DNA from: an uncultured Bacilli bacterium
GTDB lineage: Bacteria > Bacillota_I > Bacilli_A > RF39 > UBA660
Direction of reading: 5' to 3'
DNA: 55,026 nt
Assembly: GCA_947623685.1 (NCBI GenBank)
Contig: CANQHF010000006.1
Span: 1 to 55,026 of the forward strand
The notes under the pieces: model-generated
What the model was told of the DNA's origin: nothing
The model's input: the letters and a program-made list of their open reading frames with translations, nothing else
The model's database searches: none
In this document: positions 20,361 to 28,930 of the stretch, piece after piece
How the letters are laid out: each line of letters opens with the position of its first letter
Position numbering within the stretch: position 1 is the stretch's first letter
Translations under genes and position numbers: made by a program

Positions 20361-21263
20361 ATGACATTAGTAATTATGGCGGCCGGAATGGGCTCTAGAT
20401 TCGGCGGTTTAAAACAAGTAGAGCCAGTAGGACCAAATGGAGAGTTTATTTTAGATTATTCTATATATGATGCAATTAAAGCAGGATATAACAAAGTCGT
20501 ATTTATAATTAAAGAAGAAAATTACGATTTATTTAGAGAAACGATTGGAAAAAGAATTGAAAAGAAAATAAAAGTAGAATATGCTTTTCAAAAAATAGAA
20601 GATGTGCCAAGTGGCGTTATTGTACCTAAAGATAGAGTAAAACCATGGGGAACATCACATGCTATATTATCCGCTAAAAAGTATGTTAATGAAGCTTTTA
20701 CGGTTATTAATGCTGATGATTTTTATGGATATGAACCATTTAAAATAATAAAGGATTTTTTTGATAATAATCATGATGAAAAATTATACGCAATGATTGG
20801 ATATAACGTTAAAAATACCATGACTTTAAACGGAGCAGTAAAACGTGGAATTTGCTATAAAAATGAAAATAATATGCTAACGAAATTAATCGAATCATCA
20901 ATTAAAAAAAAGGATGATAAAATTGTTGCAACACCACTTGAAGATAAAAATCACCCATTTATAGTTGATGGTAATACACTTGTTTCAATGAATTTTTTTG
21001 GATTTCATCCTAACATATTTAATTATTTAGATGATGAGATGATTGAGTTTTTTAATAATCATAAAAATGATTTAGATTCATGTGAATTTTTAATTCCAAC
21101 AAGTGTGTTTAAAAGAATTGATGAAGGGAAAATATCTGTTAAGGTTTTAGATACTAAAGAAAAGTGGTATGGTGTAACTTATAAAGAAGACAAAAAAGAT
21201 TTAGTTGATGCAATTAATAAAATGATAGAAGATAAAAAATATCCTAAAAATTTATGGAACTAG
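20361..21263 (+). CDS. Sugar-phosphate nucleotidyltransferase family protein
   Basis: MAAGMGSRFGGLKQ, KPWGT, INADDFYG, WYGVTY. Confidence 0.9.
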   Translation: MTLVIMAAGMGSRFGGLKQVEPVGPNGEFILDYSIYDAIKAGYNKVVFIIKEENYDLFRETIGKRIEKKIKVEYAFQKIEDVPSGVIVPKDRVKPWGTSHAILSAKKYVNEAFTVINADDFYGYEPFKIIKDFFDNNHDEKLYAMIGYNVKNTMTLNGAVKRGICYKNENNMLTKLIESSIKKKDDKIVATPLEDKNHPFIVDGNTLVSMNFFGFHPNIFNYLDDEMIEFFNNHKNDLDSCEFLIPTSVFKRIDEGKISVKVLDTKEKWYGVTYKEDKKDLVDAINKMIEDKKYPKNLWN

Positions 21264-21362
21264 CTTTTTAGCTAGTTTTTTATTTCCAATTTTTATCACT
21301 TATTATTAAGATTATTATTCACATAATAATAATGTAATTCGGATTACAAAAGGAGCATAAAA

Positions 21363-22352
21363 ATGTTTTTTAAAAAATTAAAAAGTTTTATAGCGATTAT
21401 GTTTGTCGCTACATTTATTATGCCACAAAGTGTATTTGCTTATTCTAAATATATAGTAGCAGGTGGAGAAAACATAGGACTCCAAATTAATAATAACGGA
21501 ATAATAATTGCTGGTTTTTATAAAGTAAAAGAAAGCTATCCTGGACATGATGCTAATTTAAAACAAGGAGATACCATAGTAAAAGTTGATGGTAATGAGG
21601 TAAAAACAATCGATGATTTTATAACATCAATTAAAAATAGTAATCAAAAATATTTAAAAATAGAGTACCTAAGAAATAATAAAAAACAATCAACTAATTT
21701 AAATTTAATAAACGAAGATGGTGTTGTAAAAACTGGTCTTTATGTTAAAGATATGGTATCAGGAATAGGAACCTTGACCTTTATTGATCCTAACACTAGA
21801 CTTTATGGTGCTTTAGGACATGAAGTGGTTGAATCATCTTCTGGTGTTATGTTAAATGTAAAAGATGGTAAAATATATAATTCTTTAGTAACCGGAATAG
21901 AAAAATCGGCCAGGGGAGAGCCAGGTGCTAAAAACGCTAATACTAATTCAAATGATGTATATGGTACCATAAAAGAAAATACAATATCAGGAATCTTTGG
22001 TAATTATGATAAAAAAATAGATGATACAAAGTTATACAAAGTATCAGATTATAAAGAAATAAAATTAGGTGAAGCAAAGATAATTACCGTTTTAGATAAA
22101 GATGTAAAAAAAGAATATAGTATAAATATCATAAAAGTAAATAATGAAAAAAATAATAATAAAAATATTTTATTTGAAGTAACTGATCAAGAGTTACTTG
22201 AAAAAACCGGTGGAATTGTTCAAGGAATGAGTGGATCGCCAATTATACAAAATGATAATATAATTGGTGCAGTTACAAACGTGGTAGTTAATAATCCAAA
22301 AAAAGGATACGGGATTTTAATAACCTCGATGTTAGAAGAAGCAGAAAATTAG
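21363..22352 (+). CDS. spoIVB: SpoIVB peptidase (S55) with PDZ domain
   Basis: GIGTLTF, GALGH, LLEKTGGIVQGMSGSPIIQ...IGAVT catalytic region. Confidence 0.93.
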   Translation: MFFKKLKSFIAIMFVATFIMPQSVFAYSKYIVAGGENIGLQINNNGIIIAGFYKVKESYPGHDANLKQGDTIVKVDGNEVKTIDDFITSIKNSNQKYLKIEYLRNNKKQSTNLNLINEDGVVKTGLYVKDMVSGIGTLTFIDPNTRLYGALGHEVVESSSGVMLNVKDGKIYNSLVTGIEKSARGEPGAKNANTNSNDVYGTIKENTISGIFGNYDKKIDDTKLYKVSDYKEIKLGEAKIITVLDKDVKKEYSINIIKVNNEKNNNKNILFEVTDQELLEKTGGIVQGMSGSPIIQNDNIIGAVTNVVVNNPKKGYGILITSMLEEAEN

Positions 22353-22376
22353 GGATATTTGAGTCCCTAATTTTCT
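22343..22376. terminator. Bidirectional terminator
   Basis: AGAAAATTAGGGA-loop-TCCCTAATTTTCT. Confidence 0.75.
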
Positions 22377-22380
22377 ATTT

Positions 22381-22791
22381 TTAAAAAAGCTCCGTCTCAG
22401 AAATAGCAAGAAAGTTACGTTTATAATTTTTATATACGATGTAAAGTCCTATTAAGGAAGATATTATTCCAAATAATGCTGTTTCAACTTGCAAAAATAA
22501 GTCGGTAGAATCACTGTCATTAACTATTTTAGCAAGCTTATACTGATTATGATTAATATATAAAAAAATAAATGAGATAATAAGAATTAAAATATTTTGA
22601 AAAAGCGCTAAATTTTGTGCGGTATCATTTTTAAATATACCTTTATTATTTTTAAGCGTTAATTCTTTATCATATGTTAAGCTGTATGATATAACTAATG
22701 CAATAATAAAACCAATCGTTGCAATACGTTGGATTTCTAAAAACTTTATTTTTTGATTATTAACGTATGAGTTTTGACTGTTATACATCAT
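22381..22791 (-). CDS. Hypothetical membrane protein (about 3 TM)
   Basis: 136-aa ORF with three hydrophobic segments; no RBS seen. Confidence 0.6.
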   Translation of the reverse strand: MMYNSQNSYVNNQKIKFLEIQRIATIGFIIALVISYSLTYDKELTLKNNKGIFKNDTAQNLALFQNILILIISFIFLYINHNQYKLAKIVNDSDSTDLFLQVETALFGIISSLIGLYIVYKNYKRNFLAISETELF

Positions 22792-22834
22792 ATTAAATTA
22801 TATGATAATAAAAAAAGAATACCATAATGTATTC

Positions 22835-22966
22835 TTATTTATAAAATAATGGCGATATAATTGCAGCAAAAGCAGAACCTATCATTGCAATTAGTGCAAT
22901 CCATACAAATAATTTAGTCCAATTTATTTTTAATTTTCGTTTTTTTCTTTTTGTATCTTTAGCCAA
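22835..22966 (-). CDS. Small basic-TM protein (DUF4044/Prli42-like)
   Basis: TTG start at 22966 behind GAGGTGA; 43 aa with a Lys/Arg-rich N-terminus and one TM (KLFVWIALIAMIGS). Confidence 0.65.
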   Translation of the reverse strand: MAKDTKRKKRKLKINWTKLFVWIALIAMIGSAFAAIISPLFYK

Positions 22967-23061
22967 GTTATTCACCTCTATAGCAATTATAATATAAAAT
23001 ACAAAAAAATAAAAGTAATAAAATAATTTTTTAATAATATAGTTAATTAAGGAGAACAAAA

Positions 23062-23694
23062 ATGAAGCAGATAATTAACTATTTAAATGGAACAATAAAA
23101 AAACAAAAATTTTTAGTCACTTTTATAATCATTATATTTATCATTGGATTAATAATGGGTTCTTTATTTATAAATTTTATTAATAACGAAGATAAAATGA
23201 TGTTAGTAGATCAAATTACTGGCTTTTTTTCAAGTATAAAAAAATTATCAAGTGACGTATTTGGATTTGGAGTATTTACTGATAATATAATAAATAACAT
23301 ATTACAATTATTTATTATATTCATATTAGGTATTTCAATGATTGGTGTTTTCGCGGTAATAATAATTATATTTTTTAAAGGATTTACTTTAGGTGTTACT
23401 TTATCAACCATAATCTTTAAATATCAATTAAAAGGTGTAATAGGGGCATTTTTATATTTATTTCCTAGTTACTTATTAAATATATTAATATATATATTCA
23501 TTTGTTTTTTTGCAACTAATGCATCAATAAAATTTTTAAGAGCTTTATTAAAAAAAGATAATTTAAATTTTAAAAGTTTTTTAGGAAAATATTTATTATC
23601 ATTTATTATATCCATAATATTAATTACTTTATATTGTCTTTTAGATGCGTTTTTAACACCACTTTTACTTAAATTATTTACGTTTATTGTATAA
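23062..23694 (+). CDS. spoIIM: Stage II sporulation protein M
   Basis: Multi-TM, LGISMIG...FFKGFTLG motif; near xerD as in Bacillus. Confidence 0.82.
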   Translation: MKQIINYLNGTIKKQKFLVTFIIIIFIIGLIMGSLFINFINNEDKMMLVDQITGFFSSIKKLSSDVFGFGVFTDNIINNILQLFIIFILGISMIGVFAVIIIIFFKGFTLGVTLSTIIFKYQLKGVIGAFLYLFPSYLLNILIYIFICFFATNASIKFLRALLKKDNLNFKSFLGKYLLSFIISIILITLYCLLDAFLTPLLLKLFTFIV

Positions 23695-23718
23695 AGATAG
23701 GAAATTGTCCTATCTTTT
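23693..23718 (+). terminator. Intrinsic terminator
   Basis: AAAGATAGGA-AATTG-TCCTATCTTTT. Confidence 0.75.
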
Positions 23719-23801
23719 ATATTTATGTAATATTATTGACAAAATTGTAAAAAAGTGTAAAATAATAATTAGAGTAGACAATATTAAAGGAGTGATTATT
23801 A

Positions 23802-24569
23802 ATGGATAAACTTAACGAAATTTTACAAGAAGTTGGAATTTCAAAAGTAAAGTTAGCCAAATATTTAGGAGTATCAAGACAAATGATATATAATTATTTA
23901 GAAATGAATGATATATCTAAATGGCCAAAAGATAAAAAAATGAAACTATTTAATTTATTAGATATTAAAGAAGCATCAGAAATAAATGATATTAAAGTTG
24001 ATACTGAATTTATTAATAAAGTAGATCAAGTATTAAATGGTGATTGTTCAAACTTGTTTGTATCACATAATGAATCAATTGAATTTAAGGAATTAAAACC
24101 AAGAGAACAAGAATTATTAAACGATATTATATTCATGATTAAAGAACGTTTTATTGAAGGCACTAATGATGCTTATGTTACATATAAATATTTACTTAAT
24201 TTTATTCAAGGTTTAGAAAACGTTAAAGAATTAAAATATATGATGGGATACATTGATAAATTATTAGGATTTATTAACCCAGATGAATATGCATTTAATG
24301 AAGAAGAACAATTTATTTTTGAAAGTATTATGCATTCTGCAATGGTATTATATAGAAGTGGTGGCGCTTCAAAAACAAAATTAGCTGAACAACATAAAAA
24401 ATTTGTAGCGGAAATAGAACATAAAAAAGAAGAAAAACTTGGTCGTACAGAAGAAATAAACACTGCTAAAGTCCAAGCTCTTCATGAGTTAGGTTATAAT
24501 GAAATAACAAGGGAAAACGCATCCGAAGTATTAGCCAAAATAGCTGAAATACAATCAAGAGATGTTTAA
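23802..24569 (+). CDS. XRE-type HTH protein with large C-terminal domain of unknown function
   Basis: SKVKLAKYLGVSRQMIYNYL HTH; own TTGACA/TAAAAT promoter; ends 18 bp before dif. Confidence 0.75.
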   Translation: MDKLNEILQEVGISKVKLAKYLGVSRQMIYNYLEMNDISKWPKDKKMKLFNLLDIKEASEINDIKVDTEFINKVDQVLNGDCSNLFVSHNESIEFKELKPREQELLNDIIFMIKERFIEGTNDAYVTYKYLLNFIQGLENVKELKYMMGYIDKLLGFINPDEYAFNEEEQFIFESIMHSAMVLYRSGGASKTKLAEQHKKFVAEIEHKKEEKLGRTEEINTAKVQALHELGYNEITRENASEVLAKIAEIQSRDV

Positions 24570-24587
24570 TATATACTACTATATCCT

Positions 24588-24615
24588 AGTTCGTATAATA
24601 CATATTATGTTAACA
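24588..24615 (+). other. dif site (Xer chromosome dimer resolution site)
   Basis: AGTTCGTATAA-TACATA-TTATGTTAACA: 11-6-11 layout resembling known dif sites (E. coli GGTGCGCATAA-TGTATA-TTATGTTAAAT); intergenic; coincides with the gene-strand switch. Confidence 0.88.
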
Positions 24616-24935
24616 TTTGTTTTTTTAAAACATAAGTTCTCTATATGATGGATACTTATGTTTCTTATTTTGCATCCCTACTTTTATTGTAAAAGTTTAT
24701 TTCTTACACTATATTTATATTTAACTAAAATTTATATTTTTAAATATATTTACTTTACTTTTTTATTAAATATTAATTTATTACTACGTTATTAATGCAT
24801 AATTATCATTAATGATGGATTAATATTTATTAAAATCTAATTTTAGTTAATAAATATATTCTCCCCTATTTTAAGTCAAAATAATAGGGTATATAACCAT
24901 ATTTTATTTCTATTTTATTATTATAAAACGATTTT

Positions 24936-25772
24936 TTACACTGCCACTAGTGTTATTATTTTAGTAATTTTTTCAATACATTGTATTATTTCTTCATAAT
25001 TAATGTTATTTGCATAATCATATTTTTTCCTATATAAATACCAACGTTTTTTAAGGATTTTACTATTTTTTAATATTGCAATTGTCTCATTAATATTACC
25101 ATTATAATTTCTTTTTTTAAATGTTTTATTTATTGCCCTACGCAAATCTTCAAAATTTATATCATTCCATCCCTTTGTATATATTAAATATAAATCATAG
25201 TAATCCCTAATTCTACTATTAGCCTCGGCTCTTTTTAGTATTGTTTCTAACTTTTCAGCTATTACAGTTTCTATATTGTATGACCATATGTTTATATAAT
25301 TATCACCTAATATTGGATGATATTTATATACAATTGGTTTTGGTGTAATTGGATCTCCTGTAGCTACATCAATTTGAAAACTTTCTTTAATTGTATCAAA
25401 TTTAATATTTAGAATAATTCTAAAACCACCATATTTATCTTCTTCTCGTATATTGTCAATTTTAACAAAGTCTATTAAAGCTCCATCATTTATATCAATC
25501 GAAATAATTGATTTAATCATCATTTCAACATTTTCCATAGTAAAATTAGCATCTTTAATTGCTGTATCTATGTCTTTTGTAGAACGATTTTCTAACCCAA
25601 ATAATGTACTCAAATAGAATCCACCCTTTAAAATAAAATTATCACGATATTTACTTACTGCTAATCTTTCTATAAACCTATCATACATATATAAACGAAG
25701 TAATATATTAAAATCTAAATTACGTTTTATTGCTACATTTTTTAATTTATCTTTAACTTGCATACTATTCAT
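24936..25772 (-). CDS. abiEii: AbiEii nucleotidyltransferase toxin (type IV TA)
   Basis: FILKGG, R.T.DID, IDVATGD, AEKLE, SRIRDYYDLY. Confidence 0.92.
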   Translation of the reverse strand: MNSMQVKDKLKNVAIKRNLDFNILLRLYMYDRFIERLAVSKYRDNFILKGGFYLSTLFGLENRSTKDIDTAIKDANFTMENVEMMIKSIISIDINDGALIDFVKIDNIREEDKYGGFRIILNIKFDTIKESFQIDVATGDPITPKPIVYKYHPILGDNYINIWSYNIETVIAEKLETILKRAEANSRIRDYYDLYLIYTKGWNDINFEDLRRAINKTFKKRNYNGNINETIAILKNSKILKKRWYLYRKKYDYANNINYEEIIQCIEKITKIITLVAV

Positions 25773-26391
25773 ACATCATACTTACAAAATCCATAACTTC
25801 TTCTTTTATACCAAATATATCAGCATACTTTGAAAGTTTAATTAGATTATTGTCCTTTCTTTTAAGATATTCTTTAACTGCGTATTTAATATGCTCTATA
25901 TCCATTCTTTTTCTTGAACGAATTATATCACAAATACATCTTTCTATATCATAAGCTTTTACTTTATTTCCATATGGAGTTTCAACTTCAGTAAGACCAA
26001 TATCATAGTATTTATTATCAACATAAAACACATTATGTCTTTTTAGCTTTGAATTATTATATTTTTTTGTAACTGTTATATCAAAAGAACTGTCTGGTGC
26101 TTTAATTGAAAGGTTATGAAAATATAGTGCTGTCATATGAGAATAAATTAATTTTGGAGTACTAATGCTAAGTACAAAATAAACATCTTTAATTTTGGTT
26201 GCGTCTATATATATGCCCTTACCTACTTTTTCTATCATATTTTTCTTTTTCATAATGGATAAATAATTTCTACTTATGCCAAAATTTTCAATATCTTTTA
26301 CTCTGATGTATCCATTATTAATTTTAATAAGTTTTTTAATAATTTCTACATTACTTTCATTGATAAAATCTTCTTTTGTCATATAATTCAT
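25765..26391 (-). CDS. abiEi: AbiEi antitoxin / transcriptional regulator (type IV TA)
   Basis: GKGIY, SHMTALYFHNL, YDIERCICD; start moved to ATG 26391 behind GAGGTG; overlaps abiEii. Confidence 0.9.
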   Translation of the reverse strand: MNYMTKEDFINESNVEIIKKLIKINNGYIRVKDIENFGISRNYLSIMKKKNMIEKVGKGIYIDATKIKDVYFVLSISTPKLIYSHMTALYFHNLSIKAPDSSFDITVTKKYNNSKLKRHNVFYVDNKYYDIGLTEVETPYGNKVKAYDIERCICDIIRSRKRMDIEHIKYAVKEYLKRKDNNLIKLSKYADIFGIKEEVMDFVSMMYE

Positions 26392-26408
26392 AAACACACC
26401 TCTTTGTT

Positions 26409-26450
26409 CAATGGTACGGATATTATATAATTTATCCGTACCATTGTCAA
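26409..26450 (-). promoter_or_regulatory. abiE promoter with overlapping 14-bp inverted-repeat operator
   Basis: Minus strand TTGACA-17-TATAAT; perfect IR CAATGGTACGGATA (26409-26422) / TATCCGTACCATTG (26433-26446). Confidence 0.85.
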
Positions 26451-26475
26451 TATACATTTAAAACACATTCAATTA

Positions 26476-27240
26476 TCACTTCATAAGCAAATGTGATAAT
26501 ATCATTATAATTGCACCAATTAAAAAGTATTTAATAATCTTTTTTAAAGTACTATCTTTATACGCCCCTGGAATTAGTTCATAAACTGATATGTGAATCA
26601 TAATACCGCCAATTATTGCGTATAAGGCTGCCATAATGTGGTCATTAATATATGGTGCTAAAAATAAAAATGCTAAGATGCTACCTACTACTTCACTCAT
26701 TCCAGATAATAAAGCATATAATATAGCTTTTTTCTTATTATTTGTAGAGTGATATATTGGAACGGCAATTGATATACCTTCTGGTATGTTATGAAGTGCT
26801 ATTGCAATGGTAAGGGTTAATCCTAATTTAAAATTATTAGAACTTGTTATAAACGTTGCAATTCCTTCAGGTATGTTATGAAGTGCGATTGCGACCATAC
26901 TTATTATTCCTATTTTATATAGTCCGTTTTCATCCTTATTTTCATACTGGCTTGGTAAATATTTATCGATTAGCATTGATATTATTATTCCAAATACCAT
27001 AAAAATTAATGTTAATATTATCTTTGGAAACGAATTAGAACTATCTAATATCATATTATAGCAATTAGGTAATAAATCAGTTAATGATACACATATCATA
27101 ACACCTGCCGCAAATGAAAGTGATATTGTAACTATTTTATTATTTTTATCTTTATCTAAAAATATTACTAATGATCCAATAACGGTTGAAATACCTGCTA
27201 AAAAGGATAAAATAAAAGCATATAAAGTACTATTTGGCAT
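26476..27240 (-). CDS. zupT: ZIP family metal transporter
   Basis: FAAGVM, two HNIPEG motifs. Confidence 0.9.
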   Translation of the reverse strand: MPNSTLYAFILSFLAGISTVIGSLVIFLDKDKNNKIVTISLSFAAGVMICVSLTDLLPNCYNMILDSSNSFPKIILTLIFMVFGIIISMLIDKYLPSQYENKDENGLYKIGIISMVAIALHNIPEGIATFITSSNNFKLGLTLTIAIALHNIPEGISIAVPIYHSTNNKKKAILYALLSGMSEVVGSILAFLFLAPYINDHIMAALYAIIGGIMIHISVYELIPGAYKDSTLKKIIKYFLIGAIIMILSHLLMK

Positions 27241-27280
27241 AGGCTCCTCCTAGATAAATTATATGTCTTTAAAAACGTAA

Positions 27281-28165
27281 TTATATTTTTTTATTTCTTG
27301 GATGATATTTATCGTAATCTTTTTTTAATTTGTTATTTGATAAATGAGTATATATTTGTGTAGTTTTAATATTTTCATGGCCCAACATCTCCCCTATTGA
27401 CCTTAAATCAGCCCCATAGTAAAGCAAATGAGTTGCAAACGAATGTCTTAACGTATGTGGCGATAAATCCTTTGTTATGCCCTTTTCTTTGGCTATTTTT
27501 TTAATTATTTTAAAAAACGCTTGTCTTGTTATACCTTTTCCGTAGCTACTGATAAATAATTTATCTGTTAAATAACCCTTTAATAAAGAATCTCTATATA
27601 CGGTTATATACTCCTTTATTATTTCGGTTGTAACATCAGCCATTGGAACAATTCTTTCTTTTTTACCTTTTCCAAATACTCTTACGTAATTATCCTTTAA
27701 ATTAACATCGTTTACTTCTAAATTAACAAGCTCTGATACCCTAAGTCCAGTAGCATACATAAGCTCTATCATTGCTTTGTTTCGGTAATCATTTGGCGTT
27801 TTAGTTTTTATATCTAGTAATTTATTTATTTCGTCTAAATTTAAAGTATTTGGTAAAGTCTTTTTTAGTTTTGGTGATTCTATTTTTTCACAAGGATTTA
27901 TTGTTATTATTTTCTCTTTCATTAAATAATTAAAAAAAGTTCTTATGCTTACTATTTTTCTTGCGATTGTTTTATCTTTTTCTTTCATATTATAAAGATG
28001 CTTTATATATGATTTAATATCATTACTGTCGATTTGTTTTACACTTTTTTTATTAATGTAATTTAAAAAACCATTTAAGTCATTTTCATAAGCCATTTTT
28101 GTATTATTACTAAGTTTTTTTTCAATGAAAACGTAATTTATATAATCATTTACCAAATTCTTCAT
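27281..28165 (-). CDS. xerD: Tyrosine recombinase XerD
   Basis: ATGLRVSEL, GKGKKER, SPHTLRHSFATH, LGH, TQIYTH, YHPR. Confidence 0.9.
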   Translation of the reverse strand: MKNLVNDYINYVFIEKKLSNNTKMAYENDLNGFLNYINKKSVKQIDSNDIKSYIKHLYNMKEKDKTIARKIVSIRTFFNYLMKEKIITINPCEKIESPKLKKTLPNTLNLDEINKLLDIKTKTPNDYRNKAMIELMYATGLRVSELVNLEVNDVNLKDNYVRVFGKGKKERIVPMADVTTEIIKEYITVYRDSLLKGYLTDKLFISSYGKGITRQAFFKIIKKIAKEKGITKDLSPHTLRHSFATHLLYYGADLRSIGEMLGHENIKTTQIYTHLSNNKLKKDYDKYHPRNKKI

Positions 28166-28214
28166 CAGTATCACCAGTTTAATTATATCGATTAATTAAA
28201 AAAATAACAAGTTT

Positions 28215-28826
28215 CTACTTGCTACTTTTATTAATTTTGTCAGCGTCTTTTTGATCATCTAAATAATTACTAGTAACTTTATAATTTGAATTACTATATT
28301 TATATTCCAAAAGAACATTATATATTTTATCAATATATATTACCAATAATCTTACTGGACAACTTAAGGATACTATAACATAAGGACTAATATTATTATC
28401 TATCATTTTCAATATTTTTTCTTCATGATAATTAATTAATGGTAAAAAAGTATCAATTTTATATTGATTTAAAATATTTTTAATTGTTCTTATTTTTTCA
28501 TCGCAAACGCTAAAATCATATTCATTAAAGGCATGTTTTCTATATGATTTATATACTAATCTGCAATCATAAATTCTTTCTATGGTATTTAATTTTTTCT
28601 TCCAGTAATCATCAATTGCTTTAATCACATCATTAACGTTAGTATAATTTGACGTAATCTTTGTTACCCACTGTTTAACAGTTAACATATCAATTAACAA
28701 TTTATCATTAAATCTTGAATCAATTTCTAGGTTTTTTACATCTTTACTAAGAATAATCATAACGTCATTAACAAATTCTAATTCATTATCATAAAATTTT
28801 TGTTTTGTTTTATCATTTATTAACAT
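28215..28826 (-). CDS. Hypothetical protein
   Basis: 203-aa ORF with RBS AAGGGG and TTGACA-17-TATAGT promoter. Confidence 0.6.
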   Translation of the reverse strand: MLINDKTKQKFYDNELEFVNDVMIILSKDVKNLEIDSRFNDKLLIDMLTVKQWVTKITSNYTNVNDVIKAIDDYWKKKLNTIERIYDCRLVYKSYRKHAFNEYDFSVCDEKIRTIKNILNQYKIDTFLPLINYHEEKILKMIDNNISPYVIVSLSCPVRLLVIYIDKIYNVLLEYKYSNSNYKVTSNYLDDQKDADKINKSSK

Positions 28827-28930
28827 AATTTTATTCCCCTTACAAGTTTTTACGGTAATATACTATATCAAATATGCTTTTATTTGTCAAAAAAAACGGA
28901 AATTGATATAATTATAAAGAGGTGTTAATT

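Noticed and set aside
24616-26475. Second dif site delimiting an IMEX/dif module around abiE
   Set aside because: No second TTATGTTAA-type arm found by eye.
27281-28165. Tyrosine recombinase as a prophage/ICE integrase
   Set aside because: Size and motifs match housekeeping XerD, with no phage or conjugation genes nearby.
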